NCBI GenBank assembly: GCA_043228905.1 | Contig: JBHGNT010000009.1 | Coordinates: 11,904,001-11,968,000 of the forward strand | DNA: 64,000 nt | Direction of reading: 5' to 3' | From: Azolla caroliniana | Taxonomy: Eukaryota > Plantae > Polypodiophyta | Position numbers and translations under genes: made by a program | The notes under the pieces: generated by a model | What the model was told of the DNA's origin: nothing | Seen by the model: only the letters and a program-made list of their open reading frames with translations | Databases searched by the model: none | Shown here: positions 13,816 to 27,100 of the stretch, piece by piece | How positions within the stretch are numbered: the first letter of the stretch is position 1 | How the letters are laid out: each line of letters opens with the position of its first letter

Positions 13816-14265
13816 TGTCAATGTTAACGTGCGGAAGCGTTAGACAGAACCGGCTCAGCCAGATAGCAACAGAGAATAAGATGAAACTTTAATGGAGAAG
13901 CTTAATACACAGACAGTATACATGGGAGAGACAGAGAGAGCAGAACGTAAACATAGATTCAAAAATAAAAAACACTTTGTAACTCTATACATACAAGGTG
14001 CTAAACAACTCTATTTATATAAGTCCTCAAAAGGATTGACAGAAGTACTATGTACTTCAATGCTCATACAAGCGACTGACACTAACTACGAGACAATGAT
14101 TACCTAGTAGTCTAGGCTACTACTAGGCTTCCGATTCGCACTCGGATCTGGCTCTCCGATCGGTCTCCCCGATCCGGCCGGTTGTTTCCGGATACCAGCA
14201 GGATACCAATGCGGTTCATCCTTCCGGATGCCAATCCAGATCCGGTTGAGCTTGCTCGCTCAACA
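13816..14265 (-). repeat. Copia Y 3' LTR
   Basis: TG...CA termini, PPT adjacent, aligns to 19766-20241. Confidence 0.93.
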
Positions 14266-14678
14266 CTCCCCCTCAAGCTCAACTTGAGGTCGGATCGTGG
14301 TTTTAGTGTCCGTGGCAGCCGATTCTTCTACCCGTCTCCTTCTGGCATTGCTCCGCCTTGCTCGCGCTCCTCATCCAGTCCGGTCTTGTTTGTCGTGACC
14401 CTTTTGGTTCTGCGCACCTCGACCTCCTTGGTCGGCTTGTCTACTCAATAGGCCCTTTTCAGCTTCCTCGCTATTGCGACTTCGGCGCTTGTCGACCCGC
14501 CGGTTCCTTCTTGTTGGCGTCGACTTCCGTTGTGTCCGTGTCCACTTGGCCTTTAGTGATCTGGCTCTTCCAAATCTAACTGTTGAAGCGAATCAGTTGT
14601 CTCCGATTCGTTCCCGCTCTTGTCAAAGTCAATGTTCTCCAAATCGTCTTCCGGTGTCGTAAAGATTCCCGACTACAG

Positions 14679-15204
14679 TGTGAAACCGGGATGGAGTGGG
14701 CAAGTCGGCGGTGTGCAACATGTGCACATTTACAATGTAAAATGGTGTATATAATAAAGAGGGGATTTATCCCACATTGTTACGCATCCCTCTCCTTGTT
14801 CTATAAAAAGAAGGGAGCGCCCTTTGTAGAGGGATTGCCTATTTTGAGTGAGAGAGGTATACCACTTAGGTCGAGGGGTTCTATTCGGTTTTAGGGTTTC
14901 TTTTAAGGTTTTCTTATTGGGTTTCTTTTAGGGTTTCTATGCTTCTTTGCTTAATTATCTGGTTAGGGTTTTCTTGTAGTCGTTTTGGGTGCGGCCTATG
15001 CGGCCTTGGTTGTAATCTTTTGTGGACTCTTAATATAGCATGTTGATGTTGTCTTGTGGGTGTATCTTGCCTCCATCTATTCTATTCTATGTTTATGTGT
15101 TATTCTTCCTCTTCTCCTCTTGAGCTAAGCTTCCATTTTGTGTCTTATTCCTTCTCCTCTACTCCCTAGTCCAAGACCCCCGTGGTCCAACCTCGGATCC
15201 TACA
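14679..15204 (+). repeat. Probable solo LTR inserted in the 3' region of Copia Y
   Basis: TGTGAAACCGGG...GGATCCTACA ends, CTATAAAAAG box, TAGGGTTT-rich U5-like tract; TSD not evident. Confidence 0.5.
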
Positions 15205-17698
15205 CGTACTCGCGAAATATCGCGATATCTTTTTCAGGCCCTTCACCACATCAAACCATGTCCGGGTCTTGGCTTTGTCCTTCTTGACTCTGCCGCCGCT
15301 GCCACTCGTTCCAACTTGTTCAGATGTGCCGACTTCCTTCATCAAATTGTCTCCCCCTTTGTTGGTTCTTCCCTTTTTGGTTCCTTGTCCGGTGTCGTGA
15401 GTAGTTTCTTTGCCTTTGCCCATTCTCCCCCTCAAGTGTGGCACGTCGAGATGCTGAACACCAAGCATTTCGGTGAAGTGCTGCAACTTGTCTGATCTGA
15501 GCGGTTTGGTGAAGATGTTGGAAACCTGCCGATCTGTTAGAACATACCGAAGTTTGAATTCACCACTCAGGTCCCACTCACGCACGAAGTGATAATGCAC
15601 TTCTATGTGCTTTGTTCGAGCATGGAATACGGGGTCCTTAGCGAGCTGTATGTTGCTTATGTTATCGCAATAGATTAGGATTAGGGTCCGCACCTCGATT
15701 CGGAGATCTCATAGCAGTCGTTGAAGCCATATGGCTTCACAGGTGGCATTGGTAGTGCCCCTGTACTCAGCCTCAATGCTCGACAGAGCCACTATTGGTT
15801 GCTCTTTGCTGCTCCACGCAATAGCCACGCTACCTAAAGAAAATATGTAACCGGAGGTGGATTAACAATCTGATGCATCACCAGCCCAGTTAGCATCTGT
15901 GTATCCAACTAGCTCTTCAGTTATACCATGCCGGTATAACAGTCCCCGGTCCTTTGTGCCGCGCACATACCGCAATATTCAATGCGCGCACTGAAGGTGC
16001 TCCACGACCAGCTTCTGCATGAATTGGCTGATCACACGGATCGGATAACTAATTTCGGGTCGGGTGATTGTCAAGTATATCAGGCTTCTGACTATTTGTC
16101 GGAACCGTTTCTCATCGTAGGTCGGTCCGGAGTTGGGACAAAGCTTCTCGTTCCGATCCAGGGGTGTGGATACAGGTCGGCATTGTACAACATATTCAAC
16201 ACATAGTGTCATTGTGAGAGCAATATGCTGCCGGGGGTTTGGATCACCTTGATCCCAAGGAAATAATGAAGGTTCCCTAGATCCTTCATCTCAAATGCAT
16301 GCGACAACTGGGCCTTGACACGGCCAATTTCATTGAGTTCGGGTCTGGTGATGACTAAATCATCTATATAAAGTAAGATGCAAACTGGACCGTCCGGACC
16401 TTGGTAGATGAACAACGGTGAGTCGGATTCAGAGGTCACAAACCCCACCTTACGCAACCGGTGCGTGATCTTCGCATTCCAAGGTCAGGGGGCTTGTTTC
16501 AGACCATAAAGCAACTTCTTAAGCCGGCACACCGCCGACTTGTTCATCTCCGACTGGAAACCGAGAGGTTGGATCATATAGTCCTGTTCTTCAAGGTCAC
16601 CTTGAAGAAACACATTCTTCACGTCCATCTCGTGAAGATTGCACCCCATTGCCGTAACAACCACTAGTACCAAATAAACCTTCATCATCTTCGCTACCAG
16701 AGCGAAGGTCTCGTCGTAGTCGATTCCATGGGTCTGTGTGTATACCTTCGCCACTAACCGGGCCTTGTACAGCTTAACTGAACTATCGGCATTGTACTTT
16801 ACCTTGTACACCCATTTGCAAGCGATCAATTTACAGTGTCGGGGAGGGTCAACGAGGTCCCATGTGTCGTTGGCATCGAGTGCCCGCATTTCTTCCTCCA
16901 TACTGGCATGCCAATTTGCGTCCTTTGCTGCTTCTGCGTAGCTCTCCGGCTCACACACTTCTGCCACTTTGATCATGTACGCATATTGATGCGCCATGTA
17001 CTCATTGTACCCATACCGCGTATCGGAGTTCTTCTGGCGGGAAGACTGGCGTAACTTGTCATCACTCGGTTTGGGGCCCTTCTTGGCCAGTTCAGACTTC
17101 GTTCTCGAAGATCCGCCTTCATCCTTTCCGGAGTCAGATTCACTCCGATCTAACTCAACGTTGCCGGCTTTGTATTCCGACATTTCTGCTTCCCTTTCTC
17201 TTTGCGCGTGAACCATCTCCTCGGTTCCTTGCGCGGGGAGAGCACTGCAGAGTCTCCACTACTCGCCGATTCTTCATCTGACTAGTCATCCCGACTCAGC
17301 CGCTCGTTCGGTCTAATTAGCCGGAATTAGATCAGACTCACTTCTATAGTGCCAAGTTCTTCATCTTCTTCTTGGACCTCCTCGGGCTCACTAGCCTCAT
17401 CTTCCGGAACGGGTCTTCTTCAGGAGTTGGAGTCGGTAGGGAGTACTGTGATGTCGTCTCATCAAACTCGACGTCTCAGCTTACTCGGACTTGCTTAGTC
17501 TGGGGGTTATAGCACTTATACCTATTTTGCTCATGCGAGTAGTAGACTAGGATGCACTTCTCCAACTTCGGATCCAGCTTCCTCCGGTTCTCATCCGGTA
17601 CATGCACATATGCTATGCTACCGAATATTTGAAGGTGTCTCAAATTTGACTTCCGCCCGAAATACAACTCATGTGCTGACACCTTGTCTCCGATCCGG

Positions 17699-17733
17699 TT
17701 TAGGGTTTAGGGTTTAGGGTTTAGGGTTTAGGG
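17699..17733 (+). repeat. Interstitial telomeric repeat (TTTAGGG)5
   Basis: Five perfect units inside the Copia Y integrase. Confidence 0.95.
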
Positions 17734-19765
17734 GGATGTAAACGGCCGTCCGGACCACCTCAGCCCAGTAGAATTGGGGCATGCTCTTCTCCTCTAGCAT
17801 TGCCCTTGCTGTGTCAACAATCGACCAACTCTTCCTTTCGGCCACACCGTTTTGTTCCGATGTGTATCTACTACTGAATTCTCTCCGAATTCCGTTCTGC
17901 TGCAGATAACTGTTGAATTGGCTGGAAAAGTATTCTTTTCCGCCATCTGTCCGCAAGCACTTGACCTTCCTCTCTGTTTCCCATTCAACTAAGCTTTGCA
18001 AGTTCCAGAAACATTCGAAGAATTCGCTCTTTCATTCGATGAGGTAGATCTGCGTGTGCCGGTTGTAGTTGTTGATGAAGGAGACAAAGTATTGACTCCC
18101 GCCAAGACTAACGTTCTGTGCCGGTCCCCATACATCCAAATGTATTAGATTGAGCTTGTTACAGCTCCGGTTTTGTTCGGTGAGGAATGGAAGCCAGTGT
18201 TGCTTCCTGAGTTGGCAACCTTCACAAATTTCAGCCTTCTGGCCGCTAAATTTTGGCAAACCGAAAACGACTTGTTTCAATTGCAGGTCATGAAGCCTCC
18301 GATAATTGACGTGGCCGATCCTCTTATGCTAGAGATTGATGTCTGATTCAACCTTCTGTCCTTTGGCAAACATGGCGGTGCCAATGTCATTTGTTTTGAG
18401 GATGAACATCCTCCCTTCCCTACGCCCTTGCAGGATTATCCAACCTTCTTCCTTGATGAAGCAGCTGAGGTGCATAAAACGCACCTGCATCCCCTGGTCG
18501 GAACGGGTAGTACGTTCATCAACTTGCCCTTTTGTCTGACATAGCTTAAAGGGACTTCTCTGACATGCACAATCAAGTGAGGGGTGTCGTCTCCAGTTTC
18601 GACAATTCGTGGTTGTTCCAGTTTTTCGAAAAAAGAAAACAATTGTTCATGGATCGTCATGTGGTTGGACGCTCCAGAATCAAGGTACCATACTTCCTCC
18701 GATTTGGAAGTAGTCTTCTTCATCGAGTTAGCCTTGTGCTTCATCACAAAGGCTGGCCCCTTGCTGGTTTTCCTGGTTTTGGATCCCTCTGATCCTTCCG
18801 CGTAGTGCGAGTTTTGCCACTTTTCCCGACCGGTTTTCACGTATTCGGATTTGTCTGAATCGGCGCGCTTCTTCCAACACTCGCTTTCCCTGTGGCCCTT
18901 CTTGCCACAATACCATCATTCCATGTCGGCTTTTCCTTGCCGGCTTCCGGAACTACTGTCGGCACTACCTCTATGCCTCTGGTCCTGCTCATGTCGGCCG
19001 CCTCCATTGCGTGCTGACCCACCTCGTCCACCACTTCCATGGGGCCGATCTGTCTCCGTGTACAACATCTGGCCATCCAATTGAGTGGTCCTCGACCCAC
19101 TCGCGTGGTTTTCTTTGATCATTAGCATCGATTGCAAGTCGCAAAAAATCGATGGCTTTTCCCGGGTGCAGACCGTTATCCAGATTGGCCCGTACCTTTG
19201 CACTAGAAGACTGAGGCAGATTTGTACCATCTCGTCTTCGTCCACCGTCACGTTGATGGACCCAAGTGCGTCACAAATCTCCTTTATCTTGGTGGTGTAG
19301 TCTGTAACCAACATATCTCTTTGCCGGATGTTGTTCAGCTCTTGCCAAAGCTGCAACTTACGGGTTGTGGGACTCGCGGCGAAAATCTTCCTAAGATTTC
19401 CCTAGGCCTCCTTCGTCATTTTTGCATTCTTTATGTAGCCGAGTATCTGGTCATGCACACAGGACGCGAGGTAGTACAATACTCAGCTCACTCCTTGCTC
19501 CAATACCGGGAAGTCCTCGTGTGCCGGCTCCGACGATACCTCGTTCGTTCCTTCCACGAAGATCCAATATCCATGCCCTAATAGGTACTGGTGCATCTTG
19601 TATGACTAGGACGCGTAGTTGCTCTGGTTGAGCTTCTCTATTGGAAGTGAACTAGCCATTCCTCTGTTCATATCTTCTCTTTGTCTGTTGTTACCGGGTT
19701 CTAGGGTTCGTCTATGAAAGCAAGTGTCAGCTGCAGAGGTTCTCAACCCGCGTGCTTTGATACCA

Positions 19766-20241
19766 TGTCAATCTTAACATGCGGAAGCGTTAGACAGAAC
19801 CGGATCAACCATATAGAAACAAAGAATAAGGTGAAGGTTTAATGGAGAAGCTTAATACACAGAGAGTATACGCGAGAGAGTCAGAGAGAGCAAAACGCAA
19901 ACGTAGATTCAAAAATAAAAAACACTCTGTAACTCTATACATACAACGTGCTAAATAGCACTATTTATACAAGTCCTCAAAAGGACTGACAGAAGTACTA
20001 TGTACTTCAATGCTCATATGAGCGACATACACTAACTACAAGACAATGATTACGTAGTAGTCTAGGCTACTACTAGGCTTCCGGTTCGCACTCGAATCCA
20101 GCTCTCCAATTCGTCTCCCCGATCTGGCCGGTTGTTTCCGGATACCGATCGGGCTCATCCTTCCGGCTCAACCTTCCAGATGCTGATCCGGCTCTGGCTT
20201 ATTCAGCCGATCTGGATCCGATTGAGCTTGCTCGCTCAACA
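19766..20241 (-). repeat. Copia Y 5' LTR
   Basis: Adjacent iMet PBS; aligns to 13816-14265. Confidence 0.93.
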
Positions 20242-22811
20242 GTTACCTCCTAAACATAATATAGACCATCATATAGATGTTGTACTTGGTGTTGCACCAA
20301 TAAGTATACCTCCTTATGGTTTATTCGATACCAAGAGGATCAGGTATCTAAGCAACTCAAGGACTATTTACGAATAAGATATATATACGTTATAGTAAAT
20401 CTCCATGGGGTGCACCTTTTATCTTGGTAAAAAAGAAAGAGGGCACATGGCATATGTGTCTTAATTACCAACGCTTGAATAAACTGACGATCAACAAAAC
20501 CTATTGTGTGGAATGCTACACTAGATCGTACATTTGAAGAACATGGTAAACATGTCTGCTTTGTTTTACAAACATTGTGCGACAAATAGTTCTATGCAAA
20601 GATATCAAAATGTGAGTTCTTCAAGAAATCAATTACTTTATCTTGGACTTGTCATAACCGAACAAGTTGAAATTGATCCTTCTCACATCGAGAAAGTCAA
20701 ACTTTGTCCCACTCTTCAGAATATTCGAGAATTTCGATCATTCCTTGGTTTTGTCAAGTTTTTGCGAAAATCTCTTCGTAATTACTCCCAATTGACGACA
20801 CCGTTTACTGATCTTCTCAAAGGTCAAACGTGTAAGTCTACAAAACCTATTGTGTGAAATGCTACACTAGACCTCGCCTTTAAGGAACTCTAGGACCTGG
20901 TGTGCAAGGCTCCTTCACTTCTTTTACTAGATCCTTCAAAACCTTTTTAGGTTGAAACCGTCCTATATCAAGTGATTATGATATAGGTGCCTTCCTCTAT
21001 AAAGATGGTAAACCAATAACATTTGAAAGTAGGAAATTTGATTCTGCACAGTGTCGGTATACCGTGCAAGAAAAGGAATTATTTGTAGTTATTCATGCGC
21101 TCAAGACATGGCGCCATTATCTTTATGGAAATAGTTTTGTGGTAACTCCAGACCATGAGTCCTTGAAATATTTTTGTGACCAACAAGACCTGAAAGGTCG
21201 TAAGGCACGATGGGCAGATCTCATCTAGGACTTCGATTTTTCTATACGATATCGTAAAGGTTCCATGAACACTGTTGCTGATGCACTAAGTCGCATCCGT
21301 GAAGTTAACATGCTTAGCTTCATTTAAATAACATGAGATCTTTATGATCACCTTCGAGGAAAGTATCCCCCTGATGACAGTTATTTTGCGAAATACTAGG
21401 CAAGAGTAGAGTCTGTAACAGACACCACCACATCATTGAAGGAATCCTTCCACATTGCTAACGATATATTGTATCGTAATGGGAAGGTTTGTGTTCCAAA
21501 TTTGTCTTAGGTCAAAAAGAGAATTCTTTTTGAATGCCATGATGCGCCCTCAGTAGGCCACCCAGGGATACATCGTACACTCGTTCCCATCTCCATTCTA
21601 TTCTATTCGCCTAAGATGCGTCCTTACATACATAACTATGTGACTAAATGTCACCAGTGTCAGGTTAACAAAGTCGAGCGACTTAAAGCTGCATGACTTT
21701 TACATCCCTTGGACATTCCCAATAATAAGTGGGAAAGTATATCAATGGATTTTATTGTTATCCTTCCTCGCACCCAAAAAGGCCATGATGCCATATGGGT
21801 TGTGGTTGATCGACTAACTAAAATGTCTAGATTTATTGCTACTAAAACCACGGTAACAGCTCTTGAATTAGCTTACCAATTCGTTCACGAACTATTTCGT
21901 TTTTATGGGTTACCAATGGATATTGTCAGTGATCGAGATTCAAAGTTTAGTCGCAAATTTTGGACGCAAGTCTTTAAGAAGTTAGAAACTACATTGTGCA
22001 TGAGCTCCACGGATCATCCTCAATCCGATGGACAGACAGAACGAGTAAATCAAATTATTGAGGACATGCCCCTTGCATATGTTGGTACAAAACCACCAAA
22101 ATGGGAACGTTATGTCCCAAATTTGGAGTGTCCTTATAATAGCTCCAAGCATACATCAACGAGATATAGTCCTTTTATGTTGATGTATGGTTTTCAGCCA
22201 CGAGCCCGATTGATGTTAATATACATCATGATGAGTTGCGAAGTATGCAAAACTTTCTTCGGGATATGCAAGACATGTTATACATTGCACGAGATAATAT
22301 AAAAACTGCTCAAGATAGAGCGTGTTTTTATGCCGATCATAATAGGCAACCCCATGTATTCAACCCTAGACAAAAAGTATTTTTACGTGCACCTCACAAT
22401 TCTAGGACATTGTCTAGGGGTAAGTGCGCTAAATTGGCACCATGGCTTTGTGAACCTTTTACAGTCCTTAAACGCATTGGTTCATCAGCCTATCGTCTCG
22501 CTCTTCTTGATGGCATTGAAATCCATCCAGTTTTTCATGTAAGTCGTCTAAAAGAACTTCTTGGCTCTTGTGACAATACAGTCACAACTAAAACTGTGGT
22601 TACTTCTGAAGAATTATCTTCTAAACCACATGTACCAGAAAGAATTCTCGATGTTAAAACAAAAAGATTGCGTCCTAAAATAATCTGAGAATTTAAAATT
22701 AAGTGGATGGATAAGTCCATAAAAGATGCCACATGGGAACATGAAAATACTCTTAGAACTAACTTCCCTAAGTTTCCATTGCAAGAGTGCAATGTTTTAA
22801 AGAGGGGAGTA

Positions 22812-23026
22812 TGTTACGGGCATGACCATATAATATCCCATGGTGAGAATTTACCGTAGTATTCTATATAGGTGGATATAGTGTGAGGGTTAAACGACAG
22901 TGTAAAGAAGGGGAGGATTACATTTAATCCTCGGGATTGAGACAACCCATTAGGCCAAGTGTGAACTTACCTCGGGGCCTTAGGTTTGGCTATAAATATG
23001 AGGCCTAGCTACCCTCATTTGACATT
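22812..23026 (+). repeat. Gypsy 3' LTR, left part (remainder at 31773-32011)
   Basis: Begins TGTTAC after PPT; collinear with the 5' LTR up to TGACATT. Confidence 0.9.
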
Positions 23027-23062
23027 AACACGTTCGCGTTCACAAGTGGAAGGATCGCGCAT
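23027..23062 (+). repeat. Left terminal inverted repeat
   Basis: AACACGTTCGCGTTCACAAGTGGAAGGATCGCGCAT. Confidence 0.92.
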
Positions 23063-23231
23063 TCCACTTGTAGAATCACATGTTCCACAACTTGAAACTA
23101 TCCAAATATACCCTCTCTACAAAAATTGGATGCACTAGTATCACATGTTCTACAACTTGATTAGAATTTGCAAATATAAAAATACATGATAGGTCTACGA
23201 GTGGAGATCATTGAAATCATGCAAGTTTGGA

Positions 23232-23895
23232 CGTTGTCGTGCCTTTCGGCGCCAGATCGTTGCGTGAGTCGGGTGGGAACCGCTGGGGTTTTGGACTAGG
23301 AAGAGGAGAGTTTTAAGGCTAATAAGAATATAAATATGTTGTAAGAAAGAGTTATAGCAAACTCGTGAATCCCACGAGTGTATTGTATTAGATTAATCAA
23401 TATGAATATAAGAATATAAACTTCGGTTGAAAGAGAATGATATAGAATTCTCGTGAATCCCACGAGTATAGTTTATTAATTGGTGTTTTTTAGAAACATA
23501 TCCAGTTTCCAAATATTTTTCACACACAATTACATTGTGCTCCCCATCCTTATGTAGTGATGAGGAAGTCTTAGTAATCTATGCTTTTTCTCTAACTATA
23601 GACCCCATGCTTTTCCTATAGATAGACTATATGCTTTATCTAAAGTGATCATGCTTTTTTTCTAACTTGTGCGTTTTTTATCATGCACGCTAGATGTGTA
23701 TGTGTAGCTTTTTCTTTTGTTATGCGTTTTTCTAATGTTTATCCTAGCGTGAATTTACCTTTCTATGTGGGACATCTATGCTTTAACACTAATGAAATGC
23801 TAGTGTAATGGTAAGACATTACATTATTAACATGGAGGTGCAAGGTTCGAATCTTGCCCTATGCATGTTCCATTTATTTTGCTATTTTCTTCTAT
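23232..23895. repeat. Unclassified dispersed repeat, copy 1 (copy 2 at 46125-46730)
   Basis: Shared CGTTGTCRTGCCTTTCGGC...GTGAGTCGGGTGGGAACCGCTG start, CGTGAATCCCAC motifs, and a tRNA-like segment (23799-23860). Confidence 0.8.
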
Positions 23896-24004
23896 TTCTT
23901 CATTTTTTATTGAATCTGATACTATATACGTTTTTCACGTAGTGTACAAAATACACTACGACACTCACCCCCTCCAAACCCGCACACCACGTGAAAAACG
24001 TATA

Positions 24005-24104
24005 NNNNNNNNNNNNNNNNNNNNNNNNNNNNNNNNNNNNNNNNNNNNNNNNNNNNNNNNNNNNNNNNNNNNNNNNNNNNNNNNNNNNNNNNNNNNNNNN
24101 NNNN
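24005..24104. other. Assembly gap (100 N, true size unknown)
   Basis: Run of N. Confidence 1.
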
Positions 24105-27100
24105 AATTTCATCGAAGTAGCCAACCGTAACGTATTCAATGGCATTAATGAACCGAAAGGTTGGCCCTCTATTTACATTGCTTTTAATCCTATAACAAAT
24201 ATTACATCGAGTTAAGAGTAGATTGAACAATCTTAAGAAAGGCAATATAATGAGTGAGACATATAAATAATCCTTACCATGCAAAGTTCTTGATGCCATG
24301 GCAACGAGATATCAAAGCTTGAGCTACCGAGTACCCTTGGTCCATACTATGAAAGACAACTATTTTCCACAAGGATGCAGTCGTTAGCTCAGTAAAATCC
24401 TTGACCATCTTCTCCAAGTGTTTAAACCTAAACGGTTCATCATCGTATGATGACCCTGCCATTCGAAATCCGTATGGAATATCCGCAATCATTAGCGTAT
24501 ATTCCTTCTTTGGCACTTTTTGGATCATGTCAATGACATCGCTGCAAATCACGTTGTAGTAAAGATCTCTCGTAGTATCCTTTTTGTGGCTAAATTTTTT
24601 GAAGGAGCCATCTTCCTCCATTTCGTATGCCTTGAGTAAGCGACAATCCTTTTCTTTTCTGGCTCTCTCGAGATGTGCAAGGAAGGATGTCGGGAAATCG
24701 TGTATATCCTTAACTTCTCCTTCTTCCTTGCCACCACACGGTTTCTAATAGAAGCAATAGGACATCCAGTATTATTATACATGCTCTACATATGAGGAAA
24801 TCTTAATGAAAAACCACAAATACTAACCCAATCCTTGAATTCAATAAAATACTTGGATAATGCCTTATATGAAGATGTTAGAGGATAATCCTCGGTCACT
24901 TGTTCCCAAGTTATACATCCAAGTTGTTTCATTATAACTTCTTGGATCTTCATGTACACCTTATGACTGTGAAATTAGAAAACGAGATTAGAACTTTCAA
25001 TTGCACCATATTGAATTCAATATCACTATTTGAAAGACTTACTTATTGAACTCAGTGACCATTTCCTCAAGGCTTAAATCTTTCGCCACAACCCTTGACA
25101 AAACAGACACAAGAAGTTGCTCGTCCTTAATACCATGCATCGCTCTTCACAGAGACAACTTCATGTCATCAGCCGCCTCTTCAATTGTCAAATTAATTTT
25201 TTTGGTCGCTTGTGACTTTAATTCTAGTTGAGGGTCTACCTTACATTTCTTTTGTCATTGACCCTTGACCTCCTTATTCTCCTACATTGAGAAGACTTGA
25301 TCTTGTAAGTCCCATACTTCTCCATCTCTAAAGGCAAGTTGAAACCAAGACTCATATTTCCAAAGACCATCAAACTTAACATTATCATCTACCACAATGC
25401 CGACTTCATGCAACATTATCGTCGTAGGCATGGATGTAGCTTCACACGAAACTTTTGTTTGACGTCCAATTACTCGTGCTGAAAGAATCTTATACGCTCA
25501 ATCGATGACATTTTCTGCCTATAGTCATTATCGTTATTGTGGTCCCATGCCAATAGCTTTGCCTCGTCAATTGAGAGACCCACGTAAATTTTGCACTCGG
25601 CATACTTGAAGAAGAAAGTCGTTGGATGTTCTCTCACAAGTTGCCGACGTGCCTCCGCTGAATGCGATCCACCAATTACAAAGTAATTGTATTGATCATG
25701 CTTTCTTATATCGAAATATTCAATGGTTTCACATTCTTCGGGATCCACCATAACAATAAAAGGCAAAACGGTAGCATGTGGATTAATTTTCAATTTTTTC
25801 TTGAGATTTTGAACATGCATTCGGTGTGGCTCTCTAATCTCAAGTGGTCTTCGTCCTGTTTTTTCATCTATAGGGGGCCGATGGATGTGTGTTATAGGCA
25901 AATTAAACACTTGCCCTTTCTTGACCAGTTTACGTTTCATTAACTCTCTTCGTATCTTATTCTACTCGGATAACAACACACTCGATGCTAGCTCAGCTCC
26001 TGGCATCCCCTTACTGTCCTCATCTTCGTTTAAGCTTGATGAGTCGGAGTCCGACATTTTAGTGGTCTTCTTTTTTGGTGGTCTTGATTGTACTTTAGAT
26101 GCCCTTTTCGGGGCCTTCGCTGGGGAGGGCAAGGGCTCCCTTAGAGTTACATGGCCTTGTATATAAGGCCTCAAGGGGACAATAAGGTTTTGTGAGCTTT
26201 TTAGATCTTTTTTAAAAGCTTCTGGCCCACAAGATTCCTTTACTAGTAGATCTTCAGAAAGGAACACTTTACGTACCTCCTTAGAACACTCTATCATTAC
26301 AAGTATGTTGGCCAAATCTGAATCTTCGTAGTCAAATCTTAGAATACGGCCATACATAAATGCAGTTTCATTTTCAAGCTGCCCCTCGCCCTTCTTCTTT
26401 GTTGTATACAACACAACGTTTTTTCTTGGAGTCGACGTATTGCATACACCATTCCTTGTCCGTTAGATCACGATCAGGAAGGTCTTCACTACCAGTAGCT
26501 GCTTATATTTTCTTTTGGTTACCTCATTGGGTGGTTTTATCTTCTTCACAGGTTGGTCTGACAAGTTCTCAAACGACCTATTTAAGAAAGGACATACGAA
26601 AACATAAGTTAGGTGGTCAACTAGATTAAGGTTGTATATTAAAATATACATAATTAGACGAAGACAAAACCTAGCAGGTGGTTTGTGGTAAACTATAAAT
26701 ATCAATCATGTATTGAGTGAACATGATAGTCCTTTCTTCAGAAATCCATTCTAGTAAGGGCTATTCAACTTAGAAAATTATATATCTTAATAAGTATACA
26801 AGGATATATATCACCTTGAAGGGTAGGTATGGCTTATATTGATTCCATATCCATATTGTAGAGAATTTGCATATGATAGCCTTGAATTTGGTATTATAAA
26901 GGTAATTCGTGGGTTATTTTCTACTATTTTAAGCTATAATAGGTCATAAAAACTCTATAAGAAAGGCCCCTATTTGTTACAAAATATGGCAAATGTCACT
27001 AAAAAAGTCTGAATTTGACAGAAAGTTTGATATCTTTTCACACATATACTATATTGTTGCCCCAAAGACACAATATTCCTCTTTAAATTTTGTGCTATAT

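Larger units (their letters stand above)
13816..20241 (-). mobile_element. Copia element Y, full-length but decayed, TSD GTTAC
   Basis: LTRs 13816-14265 and 19766-20241; GTTAC at 13811-13815 and 20242-20246; PBS TGGTATCAAAGC ending at 19765; PPT TTGAGGGGGAG; WYLDSGASNHM, RTDGGKEY, LLYIDD, YCDN...HARTKHIEVHYHF. Confidence 0.96.
13700..22790 (+). pseudogene. Gypsy pol (RT partly deleted, RNase H, integrase, chromodomain), split by Copia Y
   Basis: DVFPSELPHGL (to 13815) resumes as LPPKHNIDHHIDV at 20242; integrase ORFs 21709-22302 and 22236-22688. Confidence 0.88.

Noticed and set aside
17699-17733. True chromosome end or fusion site
   Set aside because: Only five units in one orientation, and the integrase continues on both sides
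23799-23860. Functional tRNA genes (also 13328, 46631, 58777, 61068, 62861)
   Set aside because: A/B boxes are present but no convincing acceptor and anticodon stems; all lie inside repeats
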